Shown piece by piece: positions 16,654 to 24,966 of a DNA stretch of 32,000 bases; within the stretch, counting starts at the first letter, position 1; every line of letters begins with the position of its first letter. The stretch is from Kineococcus radiotolerans SRS30216 = ATCC BAA-149 (GTDB lineage: Bacteria > Actinomycetota > Actinomycetes > Actinomycetales > Kineococcaceae), in the NCBI RefSeq assembly GCF_000017305.1, contig NC_009664.2, positions 4,530,001-4,562,000 on the forward strand, read 5' to 3'. The position numbers were made by a program, and so were the translations under genes. The notes below the pieces were generated by a model. It saw only the letters and a list, made by a program, of their open reading frames with translations. It was not told the origin of the DNA and made no database searches.

Positions 16654-16694
16654 CCGCCCGTATCGCGGGATGACCGTGACGTTCAAGCCGCGAT
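16654..16694 (+). repeat. Array element copy 7: ccgcccgtatCGCGGGATGACCGTGAcgttcaagccgcgat
   Basis: Direct reading. atcgcgg (16662-16668) and ccgcgat (16688-16694) are a perfect 7-bp inverted repeat enclosing the core. Confidence 0.9.
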
Positions 16695-16758
16695 GGGGTC
16701 AGGCGGAGACGGCAGCTAAACAGTCCGGTCGGGCACTGCGTCATCGGACTGCCGGTGT

Positions 16759-17127
16759 TCAGTCGCGCGTCTCGTCGCGGACTTCACGCGGTGGGACGGG
16801 TTCTGCGGCGAGGTCCGCGCTGGCGTCCGCAGCGAGATCTTCGGCGCGGGAGAGGCAGGTGGGGCAGATGCCTCGCCAGGCCAGGCGTGGTTGGCGCATC
16901 CGGCGACCGCACAGTGTCCACGGGGTGGAGCTGGCCGTGGAGCGATCGCGGATGAGGTGGGCGGCGTGGCCACCCCGCCCCCGCCACACCCACCGGCCGC
17001 TGAGGTCGAAAGCGAGGTCAGCGTCAGCCTTGCCGGCGCTGCTACCACCCGCGTGACCATCCTCGACCCGCCTCACCGGAGGAGGCCCTTCGGGGTGCCG
17101 GCCGTAACACTTCTGGTCGTGGGTCAT
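16759..17127 (-). CDS. small hypothetical protein, DUF3039-like C-terminal Cys motif
   Basis: 122 aa with good GC3. ...AAHLIRDRSTASSTPWTLCGRRMRQPRLAWRGICPTCLSRAEDL resembles, from memory, the actinobacterial DUF3039 pattern (AHYV..........ALCGKVW.P.RDP...PVCP.CKEIY). The functional call is weak. Confidence 0.5.
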   Translation of the reverse strand: MTHDQKCYGRHPEGPPPVRRVEDGHAGGSSAGKADADLAFDLSGRWVWRGRGGHAAHLIRDRSTASSTPWTLCGRRMRQPRLAWRGICPTCLSRAEDLAADASADLAAEPVPPREVRDETRD

Positions 17128-17390
17128 GCCTCACCTACCTCGTGCCTGCCTCGAGGACTCCGTCGTGGTGACCCAAGATAACGAGACAGGGTGCCAGAAG
17201 CTTCCCAGAGCTCCACTGCGACTCCACGGCGACTTTGTCGCGGCAGACGTGGAGGTCAGTTGACCACGCTGTGCCGTCACGTACCCCGGTGGCCTGGGTG
17301 GACCCGGGTGTTCGGGGGTGACCCAGGTGGCTCGACCACGGGTGGCTCGACGCGGCCTGGGTAGTCGTGGGGACGGGGCCGGGGTCCGGG

Positions 17391-17419
17391 GCTGACCCCA
17401 GACCCCGGCTGGGGTCAGC
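17391..17419 (-). terminator. perfect 11-bp inverted repeat overlapping the MCP stop codon
   Basis: gctgaccccag (17391-17401) and ctggggtcagc (17409-17419) with a 7-nt loop. There is no U-tract, which is common in high-GC actinobacteria. Confidence 0.45.
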
Positions 17420-19004
17420 GCGGGAGGGTGAAGGAGCCCACGAGCTCGTTCAGTTCCACCGCCGCGCGCGAGACCTCACCCGCTGTGGTCGCGGTGTGCG
17501 TGGCCCCCGCGGTGGTCTGGTCCGAGGCCGCGGCGATGCCGGAGATGTTCGTGGCGATCTCCTGGCTGCCGGTGGAGACCTCGGTGACGTTGCGGACCAT
17601 CTCACTGGTGGTGGCGGACTGCTCCTCCACCGCCGCGGCGATGGTGGACTGCAACCCGTCGATGCGGGCGATGACCTCGGTGATCTCCGCGATCGCGGAG
17701 GCGGCCTCGGTGGCGTCGGTCTGGGTGGCGTTGACGCGGGTCACGATGGACTCCGTGGCCCGCGCGGTCTGCTGCGCGAGCTCCTTGACCTCGCCAGCGA
17801 CGACGGCGAAGCCCTTGCCCATCTCCCCGGCGCGCGCGGCTTCGATGGTGGCGTTGAGGGCGAGGAGGTTGGTCTGCTCGGCGATGGAGGTGATGAGCTT
17901 GACGACGTCGCCGATCTCGCGGGAGGAGGCGGAGAGGCGGTCGAGGGTCTCCCCGGCGGACGTGGCGGCGGCGACGGCGGAGGCGGCGGTGGAGGAGGCT
18001 TCGGCGGTGGAGGTGGCGATCTCGCGGATCGCGGAGGACATCTCGTCCCCGGCGGCAGCGACGGTGCCGATGTTGGCGGAGATCTCCTCAGTCGCCGCGG
18101 AGACGACCTGGGCCTGGGTGGCGGCCTCCTCCGCACCGGAGGAGAGCTGGGTGGCGACGGTGGTCAGTTCTTCGGAGGAGGCGGCCAGGGTGGAGGCGTT
18201 GCCGGCGATGCGGCGCACGGTGTCGGTGAGACGGTCCATGGTCGCGTCCAGCGCGGTGGCCAGCTGACCGACCTCGTCGCGGGTGGTGATGCCGACGCGC
18301 TGGTCCAGGCGGCCGGAGGCGAGGCCCTCGACGACGGTGAGGACGCGGGACAGCGGGCCGGCGATCTCACGGGCGACGGCGACGGCGACCACGACGGCGA
18401 CGGCCAGGGCGAGCGCGCCGATGACCAGCAGCAGCACGACCGCGGAGCGGTAGTCGCTGCCACCCTCGGTGGCCATGTCCTGGGCGGCCTGCTGCTCGAT
18501 GCCGCTGAGCTCATCGAGCTGGGTGTTGAGCTGCTTCACCAGGGGCGTTAGCACGCTCTCCCGCGTGCGGTAGAAGCCGACGGTGTCGTTGGCCGTGGCC
18601 AGGGGAATCAACTGCTTCCGCGCGGTGCGGAACTCCGCCATGAGGTCCTCGGCTTCCCCGCGTTCCTCGGTGGAGGCAGTCGGGTCGGTGCCCAGGTAGG
18701 CCTTCCAAGAGGCGTCGTAGACCGCGTCATCGGCAGTCATCGCGCTCAGCGCCGCCTGGGTGGCGGTCGCGTCGGGGGCCAGGGCGGCGTTGAGCAGGTC
18801 GAAGCGGGTGGTGGAGAAGTCCTCTTTGACCTTGGCGATCGACTGCACGGAGGCGATGCCGGAGGTGGAGACCTGGTTCAGGTTGGCTTGGGAAGAACCC
18901 AGGCGGTTGATGCCGAGCGCGACCACGACGGCCAGCAGCAGGCAGACGACGCCGAAGCCGGCGAACAACTTGGAGGCGACGTTCAGATTGCGCAGCGTGG
19001 CCAT
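17415..19004 (-). CDS. methyl-accepting chemotaxis protein (N-terminal sensor helices, HAMP, MA signalling domain)
   Basis: N-terminus [31 protein letters not shown], a second TM plus HAMP ([42 protein letters not shown]) and the conserved hairpin core [35 protein letters not shown]. The start is placed at ATG 19004, with AAGGA 5 nt upstream. The track ORF extends to 19133. Confidence 0.85.
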   Translation of the reverse strand: MATLRNLNVASKLFAGFGVVCLLLAVVVALGINRLGSSQANLNQVSTSGIASVQSIAKVKEDFSTTRFDLLNAALAPDATATQAALSAMTADDAVYDASWKAYLGTDPTASTEERGEAEDLMAEFRTARKQLIPLATANDTVGFYRTRESVLTPLVKQLNTQLDELSGIEQQAAQDMATEGGSDYRSAVVLLLVIGALALAVAVVVAVAVAREIAGPLSRVLTVVEGLASGRLDQRVGITTRDEVGQLATALDATMDRLTDTVRRIAGNASTLAASSEELTTVATQLSSGAEEAATQAQVVSAATEEISANIGTVAAAGDEMSSAIREIATSTAEASSTAASAVAAATSAGETLDRLSASSREIGDVVKLITSIAEQTNLLALNATIEAARAGEMGKGFAVVAGEVKELAQQTARATESIVTRVNATQTDATEAASAIAEITEVIARIDGLQSTIAAAVEEQSATTSEMVRNVTEVSTGSQEIATNISGIAAASDQTTAGATHTATTAGEVSRAAVELNELVGSFTLPR

Positions 19005-19314
19005 GACCATCCTTGGGCTCCCGGGTGCCCAGGCCGGCAGGTGAGCAGGCGGGCCCCGATGACGGGTGGATCCGACGCGCTGCTTGATCGGCATCCTGTT
19101 CATCGGGCGCTGAAGGAGATTGCTGAAGCACAACGGCCCTCTGAGTGGGCCCGGGCACCGAAAGACCCAGCACGGGTGTTCGCCGAGGTACGGGCGTGCG
19201 CCGAGGGGCTGACGAGACGCTGGGGCGGCTCCTTCGCCCGCGGGTCTGGACGAAGGAGCCTGGCGGGCGTGGGGCCCGGGCCGCCGCGCCCACCTGCCCG
19301 GTAGCCGAACACGA

Positions 19315-19348
19315 GCACCGCACTCCCGCGAGCGGGGGAGCGCGGTGC
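19315..19348 (-). terminator. 13-bp stem / 8-nt loop hairpin between the GAF-ANTAR gene and the MCP gene
   Basis: On the minus-strand RNA, gcaccgcgcuccc-ccgcucgc-gggagugcggugc pairs fully (one G.U). It begins 32 nt after the ANTAR gene stop and is followed by ucguguucgg. Confidence 0.55.
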
Positions 19349-19380
19349 CCTCCAGCTCAGGGGCTCAGGGGCTCACGGGC

Positions 19381-20289
19381 TCAGCGGTGCAGCTGCCCGG
19401 TGGTGGCCAGCTCCTCCGCGACCTCTCGCAGCTTGCGATTGGCGTCCTGGCTGACCCGGGCCAGCAAGGCGAAGGCCTGATCGGCGTCGAGCCGGTAGCG
19501 CTCCATGAGGATGCCCTTGGCCTGTCCGATGACGTCGCGACTCACCAGCGCGATCTGCACGTGGGAGAGCTCCTCCGCGCCTGCCAGGGCGATGGCGGCG
19601 TGGGCGGCGAAGAGTTGCCCGACGTCTTCGGCGTCGTCGTCGAGGACGTCGGGGGTAGTGGCGATGAGGTCCAGGGAGCCGAGGTTGTCCCCTTCGACGA
19701 ACAGCTGGAAGCACAGCACGCTGCGCAGCCCCGCCTGCCCGGCGTGCTGGGCCAAGCGAGGCCAGCGGGGGTCGGTAGCCAGGTCGGCGACGCGCACGGT
19801 CTGGTCTTCGTAGAGGGCGTCGAGGCAGGGGCCTTCGCCGGTCTGATCCTGCAGCTGGTCCAGCAGGGTGCCCAGGGGGCCCGCGCTGGCTTGGGAGAAG
19901 ACGTGGCGGCGGGCGCGTACCCGGGTGATGGTCGCGTCCTGCACGCCGGGGACGAGGGCGACGGCGGCGGTGACGATGTGCTCCATCACCGCTTGCGGGT
20001 CGTTGCGGCGTTGCAGCTCGTGGGCCAGCTGCGCCAGACGCTGCCCCGTGCTCACCTCGTAGCCCTGCTCGAGACCCGGCTCGAGACCCCGTTCGAGACC
20101 CCGTTCGAGACCCCGCCCATGACTCGGTCCGGGCCCTTGCCCGTTCCCACTGGGCAGGGTGTGCTGGGCGTGCCGGGTGTGGGAGCCGTGCTGGGCGGAG
20201 GGCTTGCCCGAGGGGGCTGCCCCGGCTTCAGTTGACCCTGGTGGGTGGGGGCGGTCAGGTCGCGTGAGCGGCTTGGAGGGGCGTCTCAT
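19381..20289 (-). CDS. GAF and ANTAR domain-containing RNA-binding regulator
   Basis: GAF region (…EGPCLDALYEDQTVRVADLATDPRWPRLAQHAGQAGLRSVLCFQLF…) followed by ANTAR (LVSRDVIGQAKGILMERYRLDADQAFALLARVSQDANRKLREVAEELATTG). The first ~75 codons of the track ORF are low complexity (GLER repeats from a 12-nt tandem at 20068-20115). The true start may be further in, for example GTG 20055. Confidence 0.8.
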   Translation of the reverse strand: MRRPSKPLTRPDRPHPPGSTEAGAAPSGKPSAQHGSHTRHAQHTLPSGNGQGPGPSHGRGLERGLERGLEPGLEQGYEVSTGQRLAQLAHELQRRNDPQAVMEHIVTAAVALVPGVQDATITRVRARRHVFSQASAGPLGTLLDQLQDQTGEGPCLDALYEDQTVRVADLATDPRWPRLAQHAGQAGLRSVLCFQLFVEGDNLGSLDLIATTPDVLDDDAEDVGQLFAAHAAIALAGAEELSHVQIALVSRDVIGQAKGILMERYRLDADQAFALLARVSQDANRKLREVAEELATTGQLHR

Positions 20290-20516
20290 ACTTGCCCGGT
20301 GTCAGTGCACCTGGCACGAGCTGACGGCGCCGCCGGTGCTAATCGCAACGTATCGGTGCTTGCGCCTGGGCTGGGACTGGGGGCCTGGGAGGAGGCGCCG
20401 CGCTGGTGCGGTGCCGCGTCGGGTCTGTCGTGGGCTCTTCTCCCGGTGGGGCTGGTGGGGCACACTGTGTCGAGGCCCGGCTTTGATGGAGACCTGCAAG
20501 TGACGCCTCCGAGAGG

Positions 20517-20846
20517 ATGATGGTCTCCATGGCTGCGCCCAGGAAGTACCCCGACGAGCTGCGTGAGCGAGCTATCCGTATGGCGCTGGACGCGCGCCGC
20601 GACCCCACCACCCGGGTCAACGCCTTCAAACGCATCGGCGGCCAGCTCGGCATCAACGCCGAGACCCTGCGCAACTGGGTCCTGCAGGCCGAGGTCAACG
20701 CCGGCGACCGGCCCGGTACTACGACCGACGCCGCGGCTCGCCTGGCCGAGCTCGAGCGGGAGAACCGTGAGCTTCGCCGAGCCAACGAAATCTTGCGCCG
20801 CGCATCGGCTTTCTTCGCGGCGGAGCTCGACCGCCCCTCTCGCTGA
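20517..20846 (+). CDS. IS3-family transposase OrfA (HTH plus leucine zipper)
   Basis: MAAPRKYPDELRERAIRMAL...IGGQLGINAETLRNWV...LAELERENRELRRANEILRRASAFFAAELD is the canonical IS3 OrfA. Confidence 0.85.
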   Translation: MMVSMAAPRKYPDELRERAIRMALDARRDPTTRVNAFKRIGGQLGINAETLRNWVLQAEVNAGDRPGTTTDAAARLAELERENRELRRANEILRRASAFFAAELDRPSR

Positions 20847-21765
20847 GCACCTGGCCAAGCACCGACCGGGTCGTCGAGTTCATCGACACCAACAAGCAGG
20901 AGCTGGGAATCGAGCCGATCTGCCGTGAGCTGCAGATCGCCCCCAGCACGTACTACGCCGCCCGCCACCGACCACCCTCGGCCCGCGCGGTCAGCGACCA
21001 GGCCGCCCTGGTCGAGATCAACGAGGTCCACGCCGAGAACCTGCGCGTCTACGGAGCCAGGAAGCTGCACGCAGCCATCAACCGCCGCCGCGCCCAGCGC
21101 TGCCCACCGGGCCAGACACCGGCCCGCATCGCGCGCTGCACCGTCGAACGCCTGATGCGCTCAGCCGGACTGCACGGGCTACGCCGCAACGGTAAGCCAC
21201 CACGGACCACGGTCTCAGCCGCACCCGATCAGCGCCCGGACTTGGTGCAGCGGAGGTTCTCCGCTGAGCGTCCTGACCGTTTGTGGGTCGCCGACATCAC
21301 CTACATCCGCACCTGCTCGGGCTGGGTCTACGCTGCGTTCGTCACCGACGTCTGCACCCGGCGGGTCGTGGGCTGGCAGGTCGCCACCCACCTGCGGACC
21401 GAACTGGCCCTGGACGCGCTGCAGATGGCGTTCTGGGCCCGCCGGCGCGAAGGCGTGGACCTGACGGGGCTGACGCACCACAGCGACAAGGGCGTCCAAT
21501 ACGTCGCCGTTCGCTACAGCGAGCGTTGGCCGCTGAGGGTGCGGTCGCCTCCGTCGGTTCTACCGGTGATTCCTACGATAATGCGCTGGCGGAGGCGTTC
21601 AACTCCCTCTTCAAGACCGAGTGCATCCGCAACCCTCACGTCCCCGGCCGCGACGGTCCCTGGCGCGGCATCGACGACGTCGAGATCGCGGTGGCGGAGT
21701 ACGTCGACTGGTACAACCACCGACGCCTGCACGGCGAGCTCGGGATGATTCCGCCGGTGGAGTAG
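20846..21765 (+). pseudogene. IS3-family transposase OrfB (DDE/RNase H fold), with an additional internal frameshift
   Basis: The -1 frame relative to orfA reads VVEFIDTNKQELGIEPICRELQIAPSTYY...YGARKLHAAI...RPDRLWVADITYI...GLTHHSDKGVQYVAVRYSER. The frame then breaks near 21524-21530 (gagcgttggccgc). The remainder, (L)AAEGAVASVGSTGDSYDNALAEAFNSLFKTE...YNHRRLHGELGMIPPVE, continues in another frame. A 1-nt loss therefore separates the two catalytic D residues from the E. Confidence 0.7.
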
Positions 21766-21846
21766 GAGGCCCGCTTCAGCACCACTCCCGCCCTGACGGG
21801 CGGCTGAGCGTTGCTTCACACCCTCCATCAGACCCGGGCCTTGACA

Positions 21847-22275
21847 TTCTTCTGGCACAGCCAGCTTCTGCCCTGCCGCCCCAGGGTGGCGCAAAGGCTG
21901 ATCGGCGGGTGCTCGGTGGTGGTAGGCGTGCACCTCGGCATGGCCCTCGCCGCGGCTGATCATCCAGCGGTTGACCGGGGTGGTGATGACGAAGGCCAGA
22001 GTCAGGGCTCCGGGCGGCGAGGCCCAGAACAGCCACGAGCTGATCCCGGCGTCGAGGGTACCGGGGATGGTCACCATGGCGGTGTTGTCGATGACCTCCA
22101 TGACGGCGATGGAGAGGGTGTCGGCGGCCAGGGCGACCTTGAGCGCGCTGCGGAAGTTCACCTCGGCACGGCGCACCCCACGCATGGTCAGCGCGTGGCC
22201 GAAGATGAAGGCCAAGGCGATGGAGAGCACGACATTGCCCGCGTCGTGCTGGATCGGCGATGCGCCGATGACCAC
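21847..22275 (-). pseudogene. DUF4396-like membrane protein, apparently truncated at both ends
   Basis: …VVLSIALAFIFGHALTMRGV…ALKVALAADTLSIAVMEVIDNTAMVTIPGTLDAGISSWLFWASPPGALTLAFVITTPVNRWMISRGEGHAEVHAYHH matches my recollection of DUF4396. The usual N-terminal Cys-containing segment is missing: there is no start codon upstream in frame. At the other end the frame reads without a stop straight into the IS3 right end at 21846. Confidence 0.5.
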
Positions 22276-22419
22276 GGCGACGAAGGCGGAAGCCCAAGGG
22301 GCTGATCGGGCTGCGGTTCTACTCGGAGTTGAAGGCGATCTCGACTCGGTGAGCCTGTTGAGGAAGCGAGATCGAGCAGGATGTCAGAGGGGGGAGGCTG
22401 TCGTGTCGGTGGTTCAGTC

Positions 22420-24525
22420 TCACAGGAAGGGTCGAGGGACTAGGCGGCCGCCTTCGTCGGCGAGGACGGTCCGATCGCGACCATCATTCTTGCCCTTGTA
22501 CAAGGCGCCGTCGGCGCGGTCGAGGACATCTGCCGCGTCTTCGCCGGGTCGCCACTGCGCGAGTCCGATGGTGGCGCTCTGTCCGTGGGGGACACTGGCG
22601 CGGATGCGGTCGGCGACGGTCACGGCGTCGGTGGCGCTGCACCCGGGCAGGGCCACGACGAACTCCTCCCCGCCCCAGCGGGCCAGGGTGTCGACCTCGC
22701 GCAGGTGCGTCGCCGCGGCGAGAGCGAAGGAGCGCAGCAGCTCGTCGCCGGCAAGGTGGCCGTGGGTGTCGTTGTAGGTCTTGAAGTGGTCCAGATCGAT
22801 CAAGGCGAAGGTCAAGTCCGCTGCGGGGCCCGCGCCGGCACGGGTCGCGTGACTGATCTCGTGCTGGGCGACCTCGTCCCAGCGCCGGCGGTTGGTCAGC
22901 CCGGTCAAGGCGTCGTGCTGGGCGGCCTGGGCCAGCTGGACGAGCAGGTCGGCACGTTCGATGGTGTGCGCGGCTTCCCTGGCCAAGGTCTGCAGCATGG
23001 CGGTCACCGTGGCGGGCAGCTCATCGACGCGGCGACGCCAGATGATCCCGAGCACCCCCAACGCCTCCCCGGAGCTGTTCAGCACCGGCTGCCACACCCC
23101 CGAGACGGTGTCCGAGGCGGCGATCATTACCGGGTCAGCCTCGGGGTGGTGGGCGACGTCAGCGACGAAGACCTGCCGACGGGTGCGCAGCGCGTGCAGG
23201 GGAAGGCCAGTGGGGCTGCTCATGGGCAAGCTCAGCTGGGTGCCTGCGGCGAATCCGGTCATGGCAGTGGAGGTCAGGTGGCCCTGTCCGTCGGGTTGCA
23301 TGAGGTAAGCGGCCTCGGCGTCGGTGATCTCGCGTGCAGCCTCGGCGATGGCCTGGTGCGGATCCGCGGAGCAGACGACGGTGCGCATGACCCCAGCCAG
23401 GGCCTCCACCTGCCGGGTATGGGCGCTCAGCTCCTCGCTGCGCTGGGCGAGCTGGGCGTGGGTCTCCTCCAGCTGGACGTGAGCCTGTTCCAGTCGCGTG
23501 TGGGCGGCTTGCAGCTGCGCCTGCCGCTGACGGGCGGCGGTGACGTCGTGCAGGGCCAGGACGGCCCCCAGGACCTCACCGCCGGCGCCGACGACGGTGC
23601 GCCCCGAGCAGGTGATCGAGACGTCGCCGCGTCCGGCGGCGCGCAGGACCATCTCGACATCATGGACCACACCTTCGCTCAGGACCCGTTGCAGAGGCAG
23701 GTCCTCCCCGTCCAGCGGTGTGGTGCCGTCGGCGCTGAACAGCCCGTAGGTGCTGGCGTGCGCAGCGGGCGGTAGACCGGTCCGCGGTGCTCCCAGCCAG
23801 TCGCGGGCGGTGTCGTTGAAGGAGACCAGCCGCCCGTCGGGATCGGTCACGACGATGCCGACGTCGACGCTGGCCAGGACCGCGGTGTTCAGCTCCGCGC
23901 GGTGCTCGGCCTCGGCCATGAGCAGTTCCACCAAATCGCGCTGCTCCTCGGCCTCCGCGACCAGCTGCGCGTTGGTGGTGGCTTGGCGGCGCCGCTCGAA
24001 CAGGGCCACCACGGCCCCGGCCAGGTCCTGCAGGGCGGCCAGCTGTTCGGCGCGCAGCCGGCGCGGCTCCTCGTCGGCGGCGCACAGGGTCCCCAGGGCG
24101 TACCCGTCGGGGCCGAGCAGGGGGATCGAGGTGTAGGAGCGGACCGCTCCGAGGCGCCCGTCGACCCAGGGGTGGTCGGCGTAGCGGGGATCGAGGCTGA
24201 GGTCGGGGACGTGGAGCGCTTCCCCGGAGGTGAAGTGGGTGGCGCACAGCGACTCGCTGCGTGCGATGGGCCGCCGCGGGACGCCGATCGCGCTGAGCGG
24301 GCAGTGGCGGTGGGCGTCGATGAGGTTGACGGTCACGGTGGCTGCCCTGGTCACGACGGCGGCGACACGGGCCAGGGCGTCAATCTGTTCATCCACGTGC
24401 CCGTCGGACGTTGCCTCAGGCCTCATCCCGGGTGTGGGGTCGAGGAGGCCATAGCGATGTACCGCAGCCACGCGACGTGCCTCGGCTCGGTCGGTGTTCC
24501 CCTCCACCTGAGCAAACATCGGCAT
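22420..24525 (-). CDS. sensor diguanylate cyclase (GAF-PAS-GAF-GGDEF)
   Basis: The N-terminal GAF opens with RVAAVHRYGLLD. This is followed by a PAS region, a coiled linker and a second GAF. The C-terminal region reads HDALTGLTNRRRWDE...FALIDLDHFKTYNDTHGHLAGDELL...RWGGEEFVVALPG (GGEEF active site) ...SIGLAQW...ADGALYKGKNDGRDR. The start is chosen at ATG 24525, with GAAGGCAGG upstream. The track ORF starts at 24594. Confidence 0.85.
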   Translation of the reverse strand: MPMFAQVEGNTDRAEARRVAAVHRYGLLDPTPGMRPEATSDGHVDEQIDALARVAAVVTRAATVTVNLIDAHRHCPLSAIGVPRRPIARSESLCATHFTSGEALHVPDLSLDPRYADHPWVDGRLGAVRSYTSIPLLGPDGYALGTLCAADEEPRRLRAEQLAALQDLAGAVVALFERRRQATTNAQLVAEAEEQRDLVELLMAEAEHRAELNTAVLASVDVGIVVTDPDGRLVSFNDTARDWLGAPRTGLPPAAHASTYGLFSADGTTPLDGEDLPLQRVLSEGVVHDVEMVLRAAGRGDVSITCSGRTVVGAGGEVLGAVLALHDVTAARQRQAQLQAAHTRLEQAHVQLEETHAQLAQRSEELSAHTRQVEALAGVMRTVVCSADPHQAIAEAAREITDAEAAYLMQPDGQGHLTSTAMTGFAAGTQLSLPMSSPTGLPLHALRTRRQVFVADVAHHPEADPVMIAASDTVSGVWQPVLNSSGEALGVLGIIWRRRVDELPATVTAMLQTLAREAAHTIERADLLVQLAQAAQHDALTGLTNRRRWDEVAQHEISHATRAGAGPAADLTFALIDLDHFKTYNDTHGHLAGDELLRSFALAAATHLREVDTLARWGGEEFVVALPGCSATDAVTVADRIRASVPHGQSATIGLAQWRPGEDAADVLDRADGALYKGKNDGRDRTVLADEGGRLVPRPFL

Positions 24526-24616
24526 TGGCACCTGCCTTCTTGACCCGGTGACCCCGCAGACTGGGAGTGCAGTGTTTGCGTGAGGCAAGTGCATTCCGGC
24601 TAGGACAACACCCCGG

Positions 24617-24966
24617 TCAGCCCTTCAAGCCGTGCTCACCAGCGGTCAAGTGGACCGAGAGGGAGGCGGCGGTGATCGCGGGGTGGCTGAGGTGCGGACA
24701 GTGCCCAGAGGCGTCGAGGGTGACGAGGGGGGCGTGGGGCGGCGGGCGGCGACGTCGCGGACGGCGGTGTCAAGGGCGAGGACGTCGGCGCGGTTCTGCA
24801 GGACGAGGACGGGGGCGGTGACCTCGGTGAGCAGGGCGCGGGAGTCGGCGCGGAAGGTGGCGCGGGCGAAGTTGCGATCGGAGGGAACGACCATGACGAC
24901 CTGGCGGACGCGGTCGGGGGTGGGCAGAGCGACGCGGGCGGCGATCATGGCGCTGACGCTGTGCCC
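24617..24966 (-). pseudogene. RsbQ/D14-like alpha/beta hydrolase remnant (frameshifted)
   Basis: The minus strand reads GHSVSAMIAARVALPTPDRVRQVVMV…VTAPVLVLQNRADVLALDTAVRDVAARRP. After a frame change in the G/C6 run at 24727-24732 it continues PLVTLDASGHCPHLSHPAITAASLSVHLTAGEHGLKG*. The nucleophile elbow (GHSVSAM) and the catalytic His region (GHCPHLSHP) are therefore in different frames. No clean N-terminal third could be read upstream (24967-25230). Confidence 0.5.

Larger units (their letters stand above)
20468..21846 (+). mobile_element. IS3-family insertion sequence (~1.38 kb), probably defective
   Basis: The terminal inverted repeats are TGTCGAGGCCCGGCTTTGATGGAG (20468-) and the complement of CTCCATCAGACCCGGGCCTTGACA (-21846). 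These show the 5'-TG...CA-3' ends typical of IS3. orfA and orfB are arranged in 0/-1 frames. No matching direct repeat flanks the element (ctg on the left, ttc on the right). Confidence 0.8.

Noticed and set aside
10958-16694. Canonical integron (intI plus attC sites)
   Set aside because: No integrase gene is present in the window. The element lacks the R''/R' (RYYYAAC / GTTRRRY) boxes. Its stems are only 5-7 bp, whereas attC sites are long imperfect palindromes. It is therefore described only as cassette-array-like.
16654-16700. A tRNA-derived att site (gttcaagcc resembles a T-arm)
   Set aside because: No cloverleaf, acceptor stem or CCA context could be built around it or around any other copy.
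17367-18551. A 394-aa Gly/Asp-rich + strand ORF
   Set aside because: It is antisense to the methyl-accepting chemotaxis protein gene.
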